From assembly GCA_033549025.1 (NCBI GenBank), contig JAWSUS010000005.1, forward strand, positions 64,001-128,000: a stretch of DNA of 64,000 nt, read 5' to 3'. The translations under genes were made by a program, and so were the position numbers. Position 1 is the stretch's first letter. The number at the start of each line of letters is the position of its first letter. The notes beneath the pieces are model-generated. The model was given only the letters and a program-made list of their open reading frames with translations. It made no database searches and was not told the DNA's origin. Source of the stretch: Desulfuromonadales bacterium. GTDB lineage: Bacteria; Desulfobacterota; Desulfuromonadia; Desulfuromonadales; SZUA-540. Below are positions 1 through 9,986 of the stretch, in pieces.

Positions 1-2
1 AC

Positions 3-410
3 TCCCGCATTCATCATCCGGCCGGGGCCTATGTCGACGACTTTGATCACGTCGTCCTGGAAGAGGGTGGGGATGTTTTCGCCCGGGCCCATGTGCGCCG
101 ACGGGAGATCTACGATTCCATCAAACAGATCCGTTACTGGCTCAGCCGGCTGCCGGCCGGTGTGGCCCGAGCCGACGTGCCCCCGCTGGCGCCAGACAGT
201 CTGGCCCTGTCGCTGACGGAGGGGTGGCGCGGCGAAATCGTGCATGTGGCCCTGACCGATGCCGCCGGCCGGTTTTCGCGCTACAAGGTCGTGGATTCCT
301 CCTTCCGCAACTGGAACGGCCTGGCCATGGCCCTGCGCGAGGAGCAGATATCCGACTTTCCCTTGTGCAACAAGAGTTTCAATCTTTCCTACTGCGGCTT
401 CGATCTGTAG
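3..410 (+). CDS. 3' part of Ehr/HycE-like (NuoD-family) large subunit of an energy-converting hydrogenase-related complex; 5'-truncated by the window
   Basis: Frame open from position 3: GDVFAR...EGWRGEI...YKVVDSSFRNW...ISDFPLCNKSFNLSYCGFDL. The C-terminus lacks the DPCxxC NiFe ligand motif. Confidence 0.85.
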   Translation, partial: SRIHHPAGAYVDDFDHVVLEEGGDVFARAHVRRREIYDSIKQIRYWLSRLPAGVARADVPPLAPDSLALSLTEGWRGEIVHVALTDAAGRFSRYKVVDSSFRNWNGLAMALREEQISDFPLCNKSFNLSYCGFDL

Positions 411-430
411 GCGGGGATGGAGAACGAGCT

Positions 431-1183
431 ATGCTGAAGATTATTGCTGAACGCTTTCGTCAGGGCTATCGGACCGGCAAGTACCCCAAGGAAGAGCCGG
501 TGCTGCCGGAACGTTTTCGTGGGCTGCCCCGTCTGCAGCCGGGGCGCTGCCCCTCCGGCTGTGACGACTGTCTGCGCGGCTGCCCCTACGGCGCCGTGCA
601 GCGGCAGGAGGGCAAAGTGGCGGTCGATATGGGGCTCTGCCTCTTCTGCGCCGACTGTACGGCCTGTACGCACGGCGCCCTCTCCTTCAGTGGCGATTAT
701 CGGCTGGCGTCCCGCCGCCGCGACGGACTGGTGGTCGATGCGGACATTTACCCGCTGGCGGAAGCGCTTGACGCCCGCATGAAAAAACTGTTCGGGCGCT
801 CCCTGAAGCTGCGCCAGGTCTCCGCCGGCGGCTGCAACGCCTGCGAAGCCGACCTCAACGTGCTCGGCACTCTGGTCTTTGACCTGGGCCGTTTCGGCAT
901 CCAGTTCGTCGCCTCGCCGCGCCATGCCGACGGTATTCTGGTCACCGGGCCGGTCACTGAAAACATGAAGAGCGCCCTGCTCGACACCTACGCCGCCGTA
1001 CCCGAGCCAAAGCTGGTCATCGCCTCCGGCGCCTGCGCCATCGGCGGCGGCCCCTTCCGTGGCAGCCCCGAGTGTCACAACGGCCTCGGTGACCTGCTCC
1101 CCGTCGACCTCTATATCCCCGGCTGTCCGCCGCACCCCTACACGGCGCTGGATGGTCTGCTGCGTCTGCTCGGCCGCCTGTAA
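431..1183 (+). CDS. Ehr/HycG-like (NuoB-family) small subunit with N-terminal 4Fe-4S ferredoxin domain
   Basis: ATG at 431 after GGAG. Ferredoxin Cys clusters CPSGCDDCLRGCP and CLFCADCTAC, then GGCNACE, SPRHADGILVTG, SGACAIGGG and IPGCPPHP. Confidence 0.9.
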   Translation: MLKIIAERFRQGYRTGKYPKEEPVLPERFRGLPRLQPGRCPSGCDDCLRGCPYGAVQRQEGKVAVDMGLCLFCADCTACTHGALSFSGDYRLASRRRDGLVVDADIYPLAEALDARMKKLFGRSLKLRQVSAGGCNACEADLNVLGTLVFDLGRFGIQFVASPRHADGILVTGPVTENMKSALLDTYAAVPEPKLVIASGACAIGGGPFRGSPECHNGLGDLLPVDLYIPGCPPHPYTALDGLLRLLGRL

Positions 1184-1202
1184 AAGGCGGCCGCTGCCGT
1201 CG

Positions 1203-1454
1203 TCAGAATTCGAGCTCTTCCTGCATGCGCAGGGTGAAGTTCTTGGCCCGCCCTGAGGGCGCGATGATGCCGTAGGCCATGGCCTCCTTGAGTTCCGCCT
1301 CGCTGGCTCCTGCTTCCTTCGCGACCGCGAAGTGCTTTTTCAGTCAGTCGGGGCAGCCGACGGCCACGGCGCAGGCCACCCGGATCAGTTCGCGGTGCTT
1401 GACGTCGATGACTTCTTCGTACTCGTAATCCAGAATTTTTTTACGGACTTTCAT
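1203..1454 (-). CDS. AhpD/carboxymuconolactone-decarboxylase-like selenoprotein, 83 aa, Sec at codon 37 (TGA at 1346-1344)
   Basis: GAGGAGG RBS, then MKVRKKILDYEYEEVIDVKHRELIRVACAVAVGCPD-U-LKKHFAVAKEAGASEAELKEAMAYGIIAPSGRAKNFTLRMQEELEF. The AhpD-like pattern (RELI..AVA..CxxC..H...A..AGAS..EL.EA) continues across the TGA. Confidence 0.85.
1317..1332 (-). promoter_or_regulatory. Putative bacterial SECIS hairpin
   Basis: CTTCGC-GGTC-GCGAAG stem-loop starting 11 nt 3' of the in-frame TGA. Spacing and GGUC loop resemble the E. coli fdhF SECIS. Confidence 0.75.
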
Positions 1455-1564
1455 CGTTCCTCCTCGCAAGCTGTTGGTTGCCCCATAGCCCGCGCCGGAC
1501 ACGGGCCAGTCAGGGGAAGGGCGGTGTAGGTTTCTGGCTACTCCCTCGTTTTTCCGCTAATTTC

Positions 1565-1593
1565 TTGACAGTTTCAAGGGGGCGTTGTAATTA
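1565..1593 (+). promoter_or_regulatory. Putative sigma70 promoter for aroC
   Basis: TTGACA-17 nt-TAATTA with TG upstream of the -10. Confidence 0.5.
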
Positions 1594-1701
1594 AATCGGG
1601 TTTTCACGGACAGATGCAAGCTTTTTTGTCTGTCCAGACCGCCTTTAACCGCGATGTCCGCCGGCAATGACCTGCGGGGGAGATTTTCGCAAGGAGTGGG
1701 G

Positions 1702-2790
1702 ATGTCGAGTCAATTCGGAACGCTTTTCAGGATCTCAACCTTTGGTGAATCCCACTGCCCGGGAGTAGGGGTGGTGGTGGATGGCTGCCCGCCGAATATG
1801 GCGCTGTGCGAAGCCGATATCCAGGCGCAGCTTGACCGGCGCCGGCCGGGGCAGAGCGCGCTGACAACGCCGCGGGACGAGAAGGATCAGGTCGCCATCC
1901 TCTCCGGCGTCGAGCGGGGGCGCACCCTCGGCACCCCCATCTGCCTGCTGGTGGGCAACAAGGATTTTCGGCCAGGGGATTACACGGAGACGGACGATGT
2001 GCCCCGACCCTCCCATGCCGACTATACCTATCAGATGAAGTACGGTATCCGCGCCGCCAGCGGCGGCGGTCGGGCCAGCGCCCGCGAGAGCATCGGCCGG
2101 GTGGCCGCCGGCGCACTGGCCGAAAAATACCTGCGCGAGACCTACGGCATCGACATTGTGGCCTGGGTCAGCGCTATCGGCAGCGAAGAGGCCCCGGCGG
2201 TGGCTATGGACCGTATCAGCCGTGCCCAGGTCGACAGCTCGGACGTGCGCTGCCCTGACGCGGAGGCCGCCGAACGCATGGAGACAGCCATCCTGTCGGC
2301 GCGGGAGCAGCAGGATTCGATCGGCGGCGTCATCACCTGTGTTTGCCGGCAGGTGCCCGCCGGCCTGGGCGAGCCAATCTTTGACAAGCTCGAAGCGGCT
2401 CTGGCGGCGGCCATGCTCTCCATTCCGGCCAGCAAGGGTTTCGATATCGGCTCCGGTTTCGCCGGAGCCCGTATGCTCGGTTCCCAGCACAACGATCCTT
2501 TTGTGGCCAAGGGGGAGCGCCTCGGCACCCTCACCAACCATAGCGGCGGCGTGCAGGGCGGCATCTCCAACGGCGAACCCATCTATTTCCGCGTGGCCTT
2601 CAAACCGACGGCGACCATCGGCCAGCCCCAGCGTACCGCCGACTTTGCCGGCCGCGAGGTCGAACTCAAGGCCCGCGGCCGCCACGATCCTTGCGTGGTT
2701 CCCCGTGCTGTGCCCATTGTCGAGAGCATGGCGGCCCTGGTCCTCATGGACCTGCTGCTGCAGCAGAAGACGCGTCAGTCCCTGCGATGA
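1702..2790 (+). CDS. aroC: Chorismate synthase
   Basis: [28 protein letters not shown] and RGRHDPCV motifs; AAGGAG RBS before ATG 1702. Confidence 0.97.
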   Translation: MSSQFGTLFRISTFGESHCPGVGVVVDGCPPNMALCEADIQAQLDRRRPGQSALTTPRDEKDQVAILSGVERGRTLGTPICLLVGNKDFRPGDYTETDDVPRPSHADYTYQMKYGIRAASGGGRASARESIGRVAAGALAEKYLRETYGIDIVAWVSAIGSEEAPAVAMDRISRAQVDSSDVRCPDAEAAERMETAILSAREQQDSIGGVITCVCRQVPAGLGEPIFDKLEAALAAAMLSIPASKGFDIGSGFAGARMLGSQHNDPFVAKGERLGTLTNHSGGVQGGISNGEPIYFRVAFKPTATIGQPQRTADFAGREVELKARGRHDPCVVPRAVPIVESMAALVLMDLLLQQKTRQSLR

Positions 2791-2823
2791 CGCCCCTATC
2801 TATATCTGAAACGAGGTCATTCC

Positions 2824-3045
2824 ATGTCCAATCCCGCTGAATTCGTCAAGGCTTGTGTCGACGGCAAGGTCTGGCTCTTTTGCCCCGAGTGCCAAGAATC
2901 CAAGAACTTCAACGATGTCGAACACATCGATTCGGAAGGGCATCCCTCCTACTGGGGGACGGAGCCCTGGTGGCACGACACCCGCATCTTCAAGTGTCGC
3001 GACTGCGAGACGGTACAGCGCTCGACGCTGCACCTGCAGGAGTAA
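2824..3045 (+). CDS. Small hypothetical zinc-ribbon-like protein (73 aa)
   Basis: GAGG RBS; CPEC...CRDC pair; codon usage fits host; terminator follows. Confidence 0.7.
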   Translation: MSNPAEFVKACVDGKVWLFCPECQESKNFNDVEHIDSEGHPSYWGTEPWWHDTRIFKCRDCETVQRSTLHLQE

Positions 3046-3093
3046 AACAGTCTTGCCAACCTTATATGGGTAAAGCCAGATAGAACCCTGTAC

Positions 3094-3137
3094 AAAAAAA
3101 GCCGCCCGGTGCATCCACGGGCGGCTTTGCTCTTTTT
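3094..3137. terminator. Bidirectional intrinsic terminator
   Basis: A7-GCCGCCCG...CGGGCGGC-TTTGCTCTTTTT between convergent genes. Confidence 0.75.
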
Positions 3138-3151
3138 AGGCGGGGGAGACC

Positions 3152-4807
3152 CTAGAGATATTTTTCCCGCAGGGTGGTCTTGCTGATCTTGCCGACGCTG
3201 GTCTTGTCGATGGCGTCGACGAAGCGCACCCGCAGCAGGATAATGGTTTTGGACAGCATCCCCGTTTCGGCGTAGTTGCGGGCATGGGCGACCAGCTCCT
3301 TCTCGGTGGTCTTCCCTTCGGACTCGGGCTTGAGCACGACCAGGGCCAGGGGACGCTCCCCCCACTTGTCGTCGGGCTGGCCGATGACCGCCACCTCGCT
3401 GACGGCGGGGTGGTGGGCGATGATATCCTCGATCTCCAGGGAGGAGATCCACTCGCCCCCGGACTTGATGACGTCCTTGGTGCGGTCGGTGATCTTGAGA
3501 TAGCCGCGGGCGTCGCGCACGGCCACGTCGCCGGTGTGCAGGTAGCCGCCGCGCCAGAGGTGCTCCGAGTTCTTGTGATCCTTGAGGTAGCCCTGCGTCA
3601 GCCAGGGGGCGCGCACGACGATCTCGCCGCCGCTGGCGCTGTCTGCCGGCACGTCCCGCATCTCCTCATCCACCAGACGGATATCCACCAACGGTATGGG
3701 CCGGCCGGTCTTGCAGCGGATTTCCGCCTGCTCTTCGGCGGGGAGTTCGAGCATCTCCGGGGTCAGGTGGGAAATGGTGAGGATGGGGCAGGTCTCCGAC
3801 ATGCCGTAGCCGGTGAAGAGATCGATGCCTCTGGCCATGGCCGCCAGGCAGAGGGACTTGGGCAGGGCGGCGCCGCCGATGATCACCTTCCAGTTCGACA
3901 GGTCGATTTTGTCGATGAGCGGGCTCTTCAGCAGCATGTGCAGGATGGTGGGGACGCAGTGGGAGAAGGTGACCTTTTCTTTGTCGATGAGTTCGAGCAG
4001 ATGATCGGGGACATAGCGTCCGGGGTAGACCTGCTTGACCCCCATGGCCGTGGCGACGTAGGGGAGACCCCAGGCGTGGACGTGAAACATGGGGGTGATG
4101 GGCATGTAGACGTCCTGCTGGTGAAAGCGTCCCTGGCTGGCCGGGGTGCCGACGGCGGCCAGCACGCCAAAGGTGTGCAGGACCAGCTGGCGATGGCTGA
4201 AATAGACCCCCTTGGGCAGGCCGGTGGTGCCCGTGGTGTAGAAAGTGGTGGCACGGGTGTTTTCGTCGAAGTCGGGGAAGTCGTAATGGGTCGGGCAGTC
4301 TTGCAGCAGGCTTTCGTACTCGCCGGCGAATTCGATCTGGGAGGCGGGCGTCTCGGCGCCATCCTGCAGCAGGACGTAGTTTTTCACCGTGTCGATGCGC
4401 CCCTTGATCTGTTCGAGAATGGGCAGGAAGTCGCTGTGGATGAGCAGCACATCGTCTTCGGCATGGTCGATGGTAAAGAGAATCTGGTCCGGCGACAGGC
4501 GGATGTTGACCGTGTGCAGCACGGCACCGATCATCGGCACGGCAAAGAAGCATTCGAGATAGCGATGGCTGTCGTAGTCCATGACCGCCACCGTGTCGCC
4601 GGGCTTGACCCCCAGCTTCTTCAGCGCGTGGGCCAGGCGGCAGATGCGCTGATGCAGGGTGCGGTAGTCGTAGCGCAACAGGTCGCGATAGACGATCTCC
4701 TGCTCGGGATTAGTGACCAGCGGGGTCTGCAGCAGATTCTTGATGAGTAGGGGGTAAGCATAAGCCGATTCAGTGCGGGTGATGACAGAGTCGCTCATGG
4801 CAGACAT
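3152..4807 (-). CDS. Medium/long-chain acyl-CoA ligase (AMP-forming, AlkK/DmdB-like)
   Basis: [37 protein letters not shown] and [12 protein letters not shown] motifs; start may be 4798. Confidence 0.92.
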   Translation of the reverse strand: MSAMSDSVITRTESAYAYPLLIKNLLQTPLVTNPEQEIVYRDLLRYDYRTLHQRICRLAHALKKLGVKPGDTVAVMDYDSHRYLECFFAVPMIGAVLHTVNIRLSPDQILFTIDHAEDDVLLIHSDFLPILEQIKGRIDTVKNYVLLQDGAETPASQIEFAGEYESLLQDCPTHYDFPDFDENTRATTFYTTGTTGLPKGVYFSHRQLVLHTFGVLAAVGTPASQGRFHQQDVYMPITPMFHVHAWGLPYVATAMGVKQVYPGRYVPDHLLELIDKEKVTFSHCVPTILHMLLKSPLIDKIDLSNWKVIIGGAALPKSLCLAAMARGIDLFTGYGMSETCPILTISHLTPEMLELPAEEQAEIRCKTGRPIPLVDIRLVDEEMRDVPADSASGGEIVVRAPWLTQGYLKDHKNSEHLWRGGYLHTGDVAVRDARGYLKITDRTKDVIKSGGEWISSLEIEDIIAHHPAVSEVAVIGQPDDKWGERPLALVVLKPESEGKTTEKELVAHARNYAETGMLSKTIILLRVRFVDAIDKTSVGKISKTTLREKYL

Positions 4808-4988
4808 TCCTTTCGTCCGTCAGGGTGATTGGTGAGATGGAGGCGCCCATTATGGCGCAAAATAAAGACCAAGGGTAGTCTCTCCTGTCCATTTTGTCGC
4901 CCAGCGGTCTTCTCAGGGCAAAAGCGGGATTTAACACTTCTCAAAAGAGGCCGTTTTAGGGTACTCTTCCTCGGTTGACAGGGAGAGG

Positions 4989-5861
4989 ATGGGGCCGCCT
5001 TTGTATCAGGATTTCATGCAATTTGTCTTTTCCGGGCTGACCAGCGGCGCCATCTATGCGCTTATCGCCCTGGGATTTTCCGTGGTCAACAACACCATGG
5101 GGATCGTCAACTTCGTGCAGGTCGACTTCGTCACTCTGGGGGGGATGCTGATGTTCTCCGCCCTCTTCGCCCTGGGCCTGCCCATGATGCCGGGCCTGCT
5201 GCTGGCCGTGGCCGGGGTGGCGCTGGTCGCCATGCTGGTGGAGCGTTTCGGTCTGCGCCCCTCGCGCTCGGATCACCATCTGGTGCTGATTTTCCTCACC
5301 GTCGGCCTCTCCATCATCCTGCGGGGGGTTATGAAGCTGGTGTGGGGCAAGAATCGCATGGCCCTGCCGCCCCTCTCCCCCGACCGCCCCATCGAGATCC
5401 TGGGGGCCACGGTGCTGCCGCAGGCCTTGTGGATCTTTGGGCTAACCCTCGTGGCCATCGTGCTGCTCAGCTGGTTTTTTTATCGCACCCCCCTGGGGCT
5501 GGCCATGCGGGCCGTCGCTTCCAACCCCACCGCCGCCGAAGTGGTGGGCATCCGCTCCGGTCGGGTGCGGGCCACCAGCTTCGCCCTGGCCGGCGCTCTC
5601 GGTGGTCTGGCCGGGGTATTGGTCACCCCCATTACCACGCTCAATTACGATGTGGGGGTTCTGCTCGGCCTCAAAGGCTTCGCCGCCGCCATTCTCGGCG
5701 GCTTCGGCTCCTTTCCGGGAGCCATTGCCGGCGGTCTGGCCCTGGGGCTGCTCGAGTCCCTCTCCGCCGGTTATCTCTCCAGCGCCTACAAGGACGTGGT
5801 CGCCTTCGTGGTGCTGCTGCTGGTGTTGTTCGTCAGGCCCAAGGGCCTGTTGGGAAAATAA
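4989..5861 (+). CDS. livH: Branched-chain-amino-acid-type ABC permease (LivH-like)
   Basis: GAIYALIALGF..., G.AMRAVA.NPTAA..VGI, LKGFAAAILGGFGS. Confidence 0.9.
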   Translation: MGPPLYQDFMQFVFSGLTSGAIYALIALGFSVVNNTMGIVNFVQVDFVTLGGMLMFSALFALGLPMMPGLLLAVAGVALVAMLVERFGLRPSRSDHHLVLIFLTVGLSIILRGVMKLVWGKNRMALPPLSPDRPIEILGATVLPQALWIFGLTLVAIVLLSWFFYRTPLGLAMRAVASNPTAAEVVGIRSGRVRATSFALAGALGGLAGVLVTPITTLNYDVGVLLGLKGFAAAILGGFGSFPGAIAGGLALGLLESLSAGYLSSAYKDVVAFVVLLLVLFVRPKGLLGK

Positions 5862-5903
5862 TCTCACCCGGTTTCTGCTGGGGGCATGGAAGGTTTGTGG
5901 ACA

Positions 5904-7727
5904 ATGGAAAAACAGGTTCAACTTCTCATGGGAAACGAGGCCATCGGCCGTGGTCTGCTCGAAGCGGGCTGCCAGGTGGCCGCCGCCTATCCGGGGACGC
6001 CGTCGACGGAGGTGCTGCAGGCGGTCATCGACCGTCAGCACGAGGCGGTGGAGCCCCTGCATATCGAATGGTCCGTCAACGAAAAGATCGCTTTTGAGGT
6101 CGCTCTGGCCGCAAGCTACACCGGCAAGCGGGCGGCGGCGGTCATGAAGCAGGTGGGGCTCAACGTCGCTGCCGACGCCTTCATGCGCACGGCCTATCTC
6201 GGCGTCAAAGGGGGCCTGGTGGCCATTGTGGCGGACGATCCCGGCCCGCACAGTTCCCAGAACGAGCAGGACACCCGCCTCTTCTGCCTGTCGGCGCGGG
6301 TGCCGGTATTCGACCCGTCTACCCCGGCCGAAGCCAAGGCCATGGTGGCCGAGGCTTTCCTCTTGTCCGAGGAGTACGAAGTGCCGGTGGTGCTGCGGCC
6401 GACAACGCGCATCTGTCATTCGCGGCAGAACGTCGCTCTGGCGGAACCTGTCGCCCTGGGCCGCCGGGCCGCCTTTCAGAAGGATCCGGCCCGCTGGGCT
6501 GCCACGCCGGCCTTTTTGCCGGCTCTGCATCGCCAGCTCAATGACAAGCTGGAGCAGATCGCGCGGGAGCCGCGCCTGCAGCCGCACCTGACGGCTGGAG
6601 ACGGCAGTCTGGCGCGCACGGCCCTGGTGGCTTCGGGCATCGTCTACGGCCATCTCGTCGACCTGCTGGAGGAGTTGGGCCTGAGCGGCCGTTACGATCT
6701 CTTCCAGGTGACCATGCCCTATCCGCTGAGCCCGCTCTTTATCGAACAGCTACGCACAGGCTACGACCGGGTTCTGGTGCTGGAGGAGACCTATCCGGTC
6801 ATCGAGATGCAGCTGGCCCATGCCGGCGCGGTCGGTCGCCACAGCGGCGCCATCCCCCGCGAAGGGGAAATGACGCCGGACCTGGTGCATCGCGCCCTGG
6901 CCGACTTCCTCGGCCTGCCGCAGCCGGCGGCCCTGGCCAAGGCGGCGCCCGGCCGGCGGCCCTCCCTCTGTGCCGGCTGCCCGCATCGCACTTCCTTCTA
7001 CGCTATCAAAAAGACCTTCCCCAAGGGCATCTATCCCTCGGATATCGGCTGCTACACCCTCGGCATCAATTTGAAGGCCGTGGATACCGCTCACTGTATG
7101 GGGGCCTGCATCAGCCAGGGGGCCGGCTTCTACCAGGCCTATGCCCAGGATGGGGATTTTCCCACCATCGTGGTGACCATCGGCGATTCGACCTTTTTTC
7201 ATGCCGGTCTGCCGGCCCTGGTCAACGCCGTCATCCAGCAGGCGCGCATCATCGTCGTTATTCTCGACAACGCCACCGCCGCCATGACCGGCGGCCAGCC
7301 CGTTCCGCACCTGGGCTGGGCGGCCGGGGGACGGCCGACCCGGGCGGTGACTATCGAACCGCTGGTGCGGGCGGCAGGGGTGGACTTCCTCGAAGTCTGC
7401 GACCCCTACGACCAGGAACGTCTGGAGAAACTGCTGCGTCAGGCCGATGCGCATATCCGCAGTCCGCAGGGCGGGGTGGCGGTGATCATCTCCCGACACG
7501 GCTGCCTTATGGACAAGGCGGTGCTCAAGGGGCAGGCTCGCTTCGCCGTGACCATCAACGATGCCTGCGTCGGCTGCCGCAAATGTGTCGACCAGTTCGA
7601 GTGCCCGGCCATGTCCATGGATGAGGCTGGGGGCCGCGCCCTTATCGATCAGGATCGCTGCGTCGGCTGCGGCACCTGCATTCCCGTCTGCCCGGTGAAG
7701 GCGATCATCAAGGAGGCCCAGGCATGA
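5904..7727 (+). CDS. iorA: Indolepyruvate:ferredoxin oxidoreductase alpha subunit
   Basis: LMGNEAIGRG, AYPGTPSTE, WSVNEK, LCAGCPHR, SDIGCY, GDSTFFH and two C-terminal 4Fe-4S motifs; start may be 5886. Confidence 0.93.
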   Translation: MEKQVQLLMGNEAIGRGLLEAGCQVAAAYPGTPSTEVLQAVIDRQHEAVEPLHIEWSVNEKIAFEVALAASYTGKRAAAVMKQVGLNVAADAFMRTAYLGVKGGLVAIVADDPGPHSSQNEQDTRLFCLSARVPVFDPSTPAEAKAMVAEAFLLSEEYEVPVVLRPTTRICHSRQNVALAEPVALGRRAAFQKDPARWAATPAFLPALHRQLNDKLEQIAREPRLQPHLTAGDGSLARTALVASGIVYGHLVDLLEELGLSGRYDLFQVTMPYPLSPLFIEQLRTGYDRVLVLEETYPVIEMQLAHAGAVGRHSGAIPREGEMTPDLVHRALADFLGLPQPAALAKAAPGRRPSLCAGCPHRTSFYAIKKTFPKGIYPSDIGCYTLGINLKAVDTAHCMGACISQGAGFYQAYAQDGDFPTIVVTIGDSTFFHAGLPALVNAVIQQARIIVVILDNATAAMTGGQPVPHLGWAAGGRPTRAVTIEPLVRAAGVDFLEVCDPYDQERLEKLLRQADAHIRSPQGGVAVIISRHGCLMDKAVLKGQARFAVTINDACVGCRKCVDQFECPAMSMDEAGGRALIDQDRCVGCGTCIPVCPVKAIIKEAQA

Positions 7728-8227
7728 AGCAGCAGATTGTTGTCAGCGGCATCGGCGGTCAGGGGGTTCTCTTCCTTACCCGCGTTATTGCCCAGGTGGC
7801 CGTCGATCGGGGGCTGCCCGTGCTGACGGCCGAGACCCACGGCATGGCCCAGCGCGGCGGCACCGTGCTGTCCACCATCAAGGTCGGCCCCTTCGCCAGC
7901 CCGTTGATCCGTGCCGGTCAGGCCGATGTCGCCCTGCTGTTGCGGGAAGACAATCTGCCGGTGCATAAACCTCTCCTCAAGGCGGAGGCGGCTTTGTTCA
8001 TCAATGCCGCCGGGGCCGGGGAGGGGCTGCGCCTTGACGCGGACGGCCTGGCGCGGGAGTTGGGCAACGCCGTCCTCTCCAACCTGGTGTTGCTCGGCCT
8101 GGCGGTGCGCCAGGGAATGCTGTTCTGCAGCGCCGCCGAGTGTGAGGCCGCTATCCGCACCCTGGCCCCGCCGCAGTTCGTCGAGCAGAATCTGGCCGCT
8201 TTTCAGCGGGGGCTGAACGCTTCCTAA
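7724..8227 (+). CDS. iorB: Indolepyruvate:ferredoxin oxidoreductase beta subunit
   Basis: GIGGQGV, ETHGMAQRGG, NLVLLG, NLAAFQRG; ATGA overlap with iorA. Confidence 0.92.
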   Translation: MKQQIVVSGIGGQGVLFLTRVIAQVAVDRGLPVLTAETHGMAQRGGTVLSTIKVGPFASPLIRAGQADVALLLREDNLPVHKPLLKAEAALFINAAGAGEGLRLDADGLARELGNAVLSNLVLLGLAVRQGMLFCSAAECEAAIRTLAPPQFVEQNLAAFQRGLNAS

Positions 8228-8236
8228 GGGCAGACC

Positions 8237-9235
8237 ATGACCTTCCGACAGAGACTCGTCTATTTTGTCGTTTTGCACCGTACCGGCCTGTGGGTGGGCG
8301 CCCTGACGCTGGCTCTGGGCCTTTACCCTCTGCTGGAGAAGAATCCCTACACCCTCGGTCTGACCAACCTCATCGCCATCTACGCCATCGTCGTGCTCGG
8401 GCTCAACCTGTTTATCGGCTATGCCGGCCAGATTTCCCTCGGCCATGCCGCCTTTTTCGGTCTCGGCGCTTACGGTTCGGCCATCGGCACCGTCACTTTC
8501 GGGCTGCCAGCCTGGCCCACCCTGGTGGGGGTGGCGGCGCTGGTGGCGCTGGTCGCCCTGCTGGTAGGGGTGCCGGCCCTGCGCCTCTCCGGCCATTACC
8601 TGGCCATGGCCACCCTCGGCTGCAATATCGTCGTGCACACCGTCCTCCTGCAGTGGGACGGGGTCACGGGCGGGCCGAGCGGCTTTCCCGGCGTGGCGCC
8701 GCTGGCCATCGGTCCCCTGGTGTTCGACGACGAGGTGCGTTTCCATTACCTGGTCTGGAGCTTCACCCTGGTCGCCCTGCTGCTGTCCCTCAATCTGGTG
8801 CGCAGCGGGGTCGGCCGAGGGCTGGCCGCCCTGGCCGGCGAAGAGACGGCCGCCGCCGCCCTGGGGGTCGACACCCGTCGCGCCAAGGTCAAGGTCTTCG
8901 TGCTGTCGGCGGTCTTTGCCTCGGTGGCCGGCAGCCTCTTTGCCCACTGCTACGGCTTCGTCAGCCCCGACTCCTTCGGGATCTTCACCTCCACCGACAT
9001 GGTGATCATGGTGGTGGTAGGCGGCATGGGTTCCATCTGGGGCTCCCTTTTCGGGGCCGGCCTCATCACCCTGCTGCCCGAATGGATCGCCGCCCTGGAA
9101 ACCTACAAGGATTTCGTGCACGGGGCCGTACTCATCCTGGTGCTCATGTTCTTCCCCCAGGGTCTGGTCACGGGAGTCATCGACCAGATCCGTGTCCGGC
9201 TGGCTTTGCGGAGGCGTCACGATGCTGCGGCTTGA
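8237..9235 (+). CDS. livM: ABC permease (LivM-like)
   Basis: GLNLFIGYAGQISLGHAAFFGLGAY, LRLSGHYLAMATL, TGGPSG, MVVVGGMGSIWG. Confidence 0.92.
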   Translation: MTFRQRLVYFVVLHRTGLWVGALTLALGLYPLLEKNPYTLGLTNLIAIYAIVVLGLNLFIGYAGQISLGHAAFFGLGAYGSAIGTVTFGLPAWPTLVGVAALVALVALLVGVPALRLSGHYLAMATLGCNIVVHTVLLQWDGVTGGPSGFPGVAPLAIGPLVFDDEVRFHYLVWSFTLVALLLSLNLVRSGVGRGLAALAGEETAAAALGVDTRRAKVKVFVLSAVFASVAGSLFAHCYGFVSPDSFGIFTSTDMVIMVVVGGMGSIWGSLFGAGLITLLPEWIAALETYKDFVHGAVLILVLMFFPQGLVTGVIDQIRVRLALRRRHDAAA

Positions 9236-9986
9236 GGGCGTGAGCAAGCGCTTCGGGGGGCTGCCGGCCCTTGATGATGTCTCCTTCGGGGTCACGGCCG
9301 GACAGGTGACGGCCCTGATCGGGCCCAACGGGGCCGGCAAGAGTACTCTGATCAACGTCATCACCGGCGTGCTGCCGCCGAGCAGCGGCGCCATCGCCTT
9401 CGGCGGTCGGCCTATCGCCGGACTGCCGGCCCACGAGGTGGCCCGCCTCGGCATCGCCCGTACCTTTCAGAATCTCAAGATCTTTCCCCGGCTCTCCGTG
9501 CTCGACAACGTCCTGTGCGGTCTGACCTGCGAAGCCGGGCGTTCCCTGCTCATGGCCATGTTGCGTCTGCCCTATCTGCGCCACCGGGAACGGCGCCTGC
9601 GTCTGCGGGCTCTGGAGGCTCTTGACCGCTTCGCCCTGGCTGATAAAGCGCATTGGCCCGCCGGGGTGCTAGCCTACGGCGACAAGAAGCGGGTGGAACT
9701 GGCGCGGGCCAGCGTCAGCGAGCCGCTGCTGCTGTTGCTGGACGAACCGGTGGCCGGCCTCAATGCTGACGAGACAGCCGCCGTTGCCGAGCAGCTGCGC
9801 CGCCTGCGCCTCGCCGGCCACACCCTGTTGCTGGTGGAGCACGACATGGACCTGGTCATGGGCGTGGCCGACCAGGTGGTGGTGCTCGACAGCGGCCGCT
9901 GTATCGCGCAGGGGACACCGGCGGAGATCCGCCGCAATCCCCTCGTTCTTGAAGCCTATCTGGGGCGCATGGAGGCGACCGCCTGA
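9222..9986 (+). CDS. livG: ABC ATP-binding protein (LivG-like)
   Basis: GPNGAGKST, GIARTFQN, LLLLDEPVAG, LVEHDM, EAYLG. Confidence 0.92.
   Translation: MLRLEGVSKRFGGLPALDDVSFGVTAGQVTALIGPNGAGKSTLINVITGVLPPSSGAIAFGGRPIAGLPAHEVARLGIARTFQNLKIFPRLSVLDNVLCGLTCEAGRSLLMAMLRLPYLRHRERRLRLRALEALDRFALADKAHWPAGVLAYGDKKRVELARASVSEPLLLLLDEPVAGLNADETAAVAEQLRRLRLAGHTLLLVEHDMDLVMGVADQVVVLDSGRCIAQGTPAEIRRNPLVLEAYLGRMEATA

Noticed and set aside
1332..1529. 65-aa plus-strand ORF
   Set aside because: It is the antisense shadow of the selenoprotein gene, with no RBS or motif.
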